Shown here in pieces: positions 51,001-54,000 of a DNA stretch of 64,000 nucleotides. Both the position numbers and the translations under genes were made by a program. The DNA is from Candidatus Omnitrophota bacterium. GTDB taxonomy: Bacteria > Omnitrophota > Gorgyraeia > Gorgyraeales > Gorgyraeaceae. Every line of letters begins with the position of its first letter. Position 1 is the stretch's first letter. The stretch covers positions 7,838 through 71,837 of the forward strand of contig JBDRJN010000006.1 of the NCBI GenBank assembly GCA_043814965.1. The letters run 5' to 3'. The notes below the pieces were generated by a model. It did no database searches and was not told where the DNA came from. It saw only the letters and a list, made by a program, of their open reading frames with translations.

Positions 51001-54000
51001 GGCCGCTAAAAAGCATCATAGAGGATATACGTAACGGCTTGAGATCCATAAAAGACGATATATTTAAAGATAAATATAATATAAATAATGATCCTATAGA
51101 GCTTACTACACGAAAGAACTTTGAGGAGATCACCGAGAGATTCGAAGGCATAATAAAACACGGCAAGGTCTCTTCATCTGAGAAATTGCGGGATAAGATA
51201 ATACTTCTTACTATCAAGACGCCTCCTTTAAGGAATATGGCAGTATGGACGCTTAATAATATAAGTTCACGTCCAGCGCTGAGAGAAAGGCTTTCATTTA
51301 TACTTCCCATGCTGAAGTGGCTTCAGTCAAAATTTATAATCCCTGTATCAAGTAACCTTGAAGAGGCGACATATGAAGCAGAAAAAGTGATCCTTGATAA
51401 TAGGAAGAATGGCATTGGCCTTACACTTGACAGCGTCGGAGATGCTGTGCATTCAGAGGAAGAAGCAAAGCTGCATGTCGATCATTATCTCAGCATGATA
51501 AGGAATCTCGGGCCTAAAGCAAAGGACTGGGAGAAAAATGAATCTCTCGACAATGTAGAAAGGCTTCATTTTTCAGTAAAGCTTAGCGCTATTGTATATG
51601 ACGCGTGGAAAAAGAAAGGAAGAGGGTTCGCTAATAAATCAAAGATAAAAGAGACACTTAAGACACTTATAAGAGAAGCTAGCATTTACAATGCCTTTAT
51701 CCGCATTGACCTTGAAGAATACGGATACCGCGATACTACCATGGATATCTATAAGGAAGTCATTGAAGATCTTGCCAAGGAGGATGAGAATACCGTGGTA
51801 AGTGATGACAGGGGCACATTGAGGGTAGGGGTCGTAGTGCAGGCATATCTAAAAGATTCAGGAAAAGTCTTAAATGACTTATTGAACTGGGGAGAGACGT
51901 ATCATTATCGCGTGCCAATAAGGCTAGTAAAAGGCGCGTATGACGACAAGGAAAAGAAATGGGCAAGAGGCGAGTATAAAGAGGGCGAAGATGTATTTAA
52001 TGGAGGCAGGCCCTACCCAAGCCCTGTATTCAGGGAAAAGGAATCCACAGACGCTCATTATGAACTATTGAGTGAATATCTTATCATGAATAATGATAGG
52101 TTCCAGACAGCTATTGCATCGCACAATATCCGCTCTATATCACACGCAATGAGCCTTGCTGAAAATTATGAAGTTGATAAAAAGGATATTGAAATACAGA
52201 TGCTTTATGGCATGGGAGACCCTGTGAAATATGCTATCAGAGATCTAGGTTATCGTATTCGCGCGTATGCTCCTATAGGCTCATTTATAGAAGGTATGAA
52301 ATACTCGGGCCGACGCCTTAAAGAGCTTGCGAATAAGAGCAATGCGCTTACTAAGACCATGGCATGTGATTATAGATTCTTGAGAAGATTGAAAAAGGCC
52401 CCTAAATTCCAGTATGGCGACAGCCCTATTTATGTAGCAGAGGAATTTGTGGGAACACTTGAAGGGAGAAAAGAGGAGCTGCGCCTTAATAAAGCAAGAA
52501 GATGGTATGAGATATTCCCGTATAGTTTTATTATTGAGCATCCGTCTATCTTAGTATCGTGGCTCAATCATATACCTAACGCGGTCTTATATGGTTTTAT
52601 AAAACAGTTATTCCAGCCTTTTAATTATAAGTCCAGGGAGTTGGTGGATGAGTTGAGGCACAGCCTAAGACAAGAAAGGACATACAGCGCATTTATACTG
52701 TTGGATAAGATAAAAAAGATCACAAATAGAAGGTCACTTAAGTACTTATTGAATATTCTGTTCGATAAAACCATAAACAGCGAAAAGTATGAAGAAGTAA
52801 TATTAGAGATCAGAGACCATATCCAGCATATAAGGCATAAGCTTTATGCGTATAATGTAAAAAAAGATGCAAAGAACATGAAATACGATGAATACGACGA
52901 TATAAAGAAAGATTATCCATTTTTCTTTGATGATAATCAAGGCACATACCAGCATTTACGAAAGATAGCAAGCTATAAAGTGAGAAAATATAGAAGCATG
53001 AAAGGCAGTATAAATATATGGATCCCCGGGGGAGTGTCATTCTTTGAAGACGGGCCCAAGATACCATCTGCGTATATGGCAGCTATAATATTCCTGGAAG
53101 AAGCAAGGAAACAGGGATTAAAAGGCGAAGAGTTGGAGGAATTTAAAAAGGACCTTAATATTACTGTTACAGATGGCAATAAAGACGCGCTTTTACATGG
53201 CGAGATAGGGTCTTTTAATATCAATGCATTTATAAAAGAAAGCAGGCCTCTTACAAAAGAGGATAAAGAGATAGTCGAGAGATATTTTGATATCACAAAA
53301 GCTAGCGGGAGGTTAAAGGTAAAGCAAGATATAAGAGATATAATAAAATGCAAGAATGAACTATCTGTAAATTATATAAGGCCAGGGTTTTTTGATATTA
53401 TCATAGATCAGTTCGTTGAAACCAAGATAGAGATGCGCAATGAAGGGGACCGCTGGCCGATCCTAAATAACATACGTGTCGGAAACTTCATAGAAAGCCT
53501 TAAAATAGACGGAGATATCATCACTACGGGGGACAAGGGTTTTGAAGATAGTTCTTTTTTAAGAGGATATTCCAGTAAACTTCCTGTAAGCAGTTATTTC
53601 GGGGGAGAGAAATTGGAAGGATTTGCAAGGGTATACCAGAAGACATCACCTGCGTTTTACGATAACTGGCGGGACTTTGCTGCTGAGATCAATATGTTTA
53701 AAATTATTAAAAAGGATGGGATTAAATTAATGGATATCAGCCGGAAGATATTGGATACAGCATATGACTTGGCAGAGTTTGTTCATGGAGGACAGATAAG
53801 GACCAATAATAAAGAACCATATATGGAACATCTTGTAAGGACCACTATGATGCTCAGGGATGTATTCAATGTATTGGATAGATTCAAGGTCTCAGAACAT
53901 ACAAAAGTAGACCTATCAGGGTTATCCAATGATGAGATAAGACAGATAGATGACCTGTCAAGCGAGATAATATCTTCGATCGCGCTATTACATGATTCAG

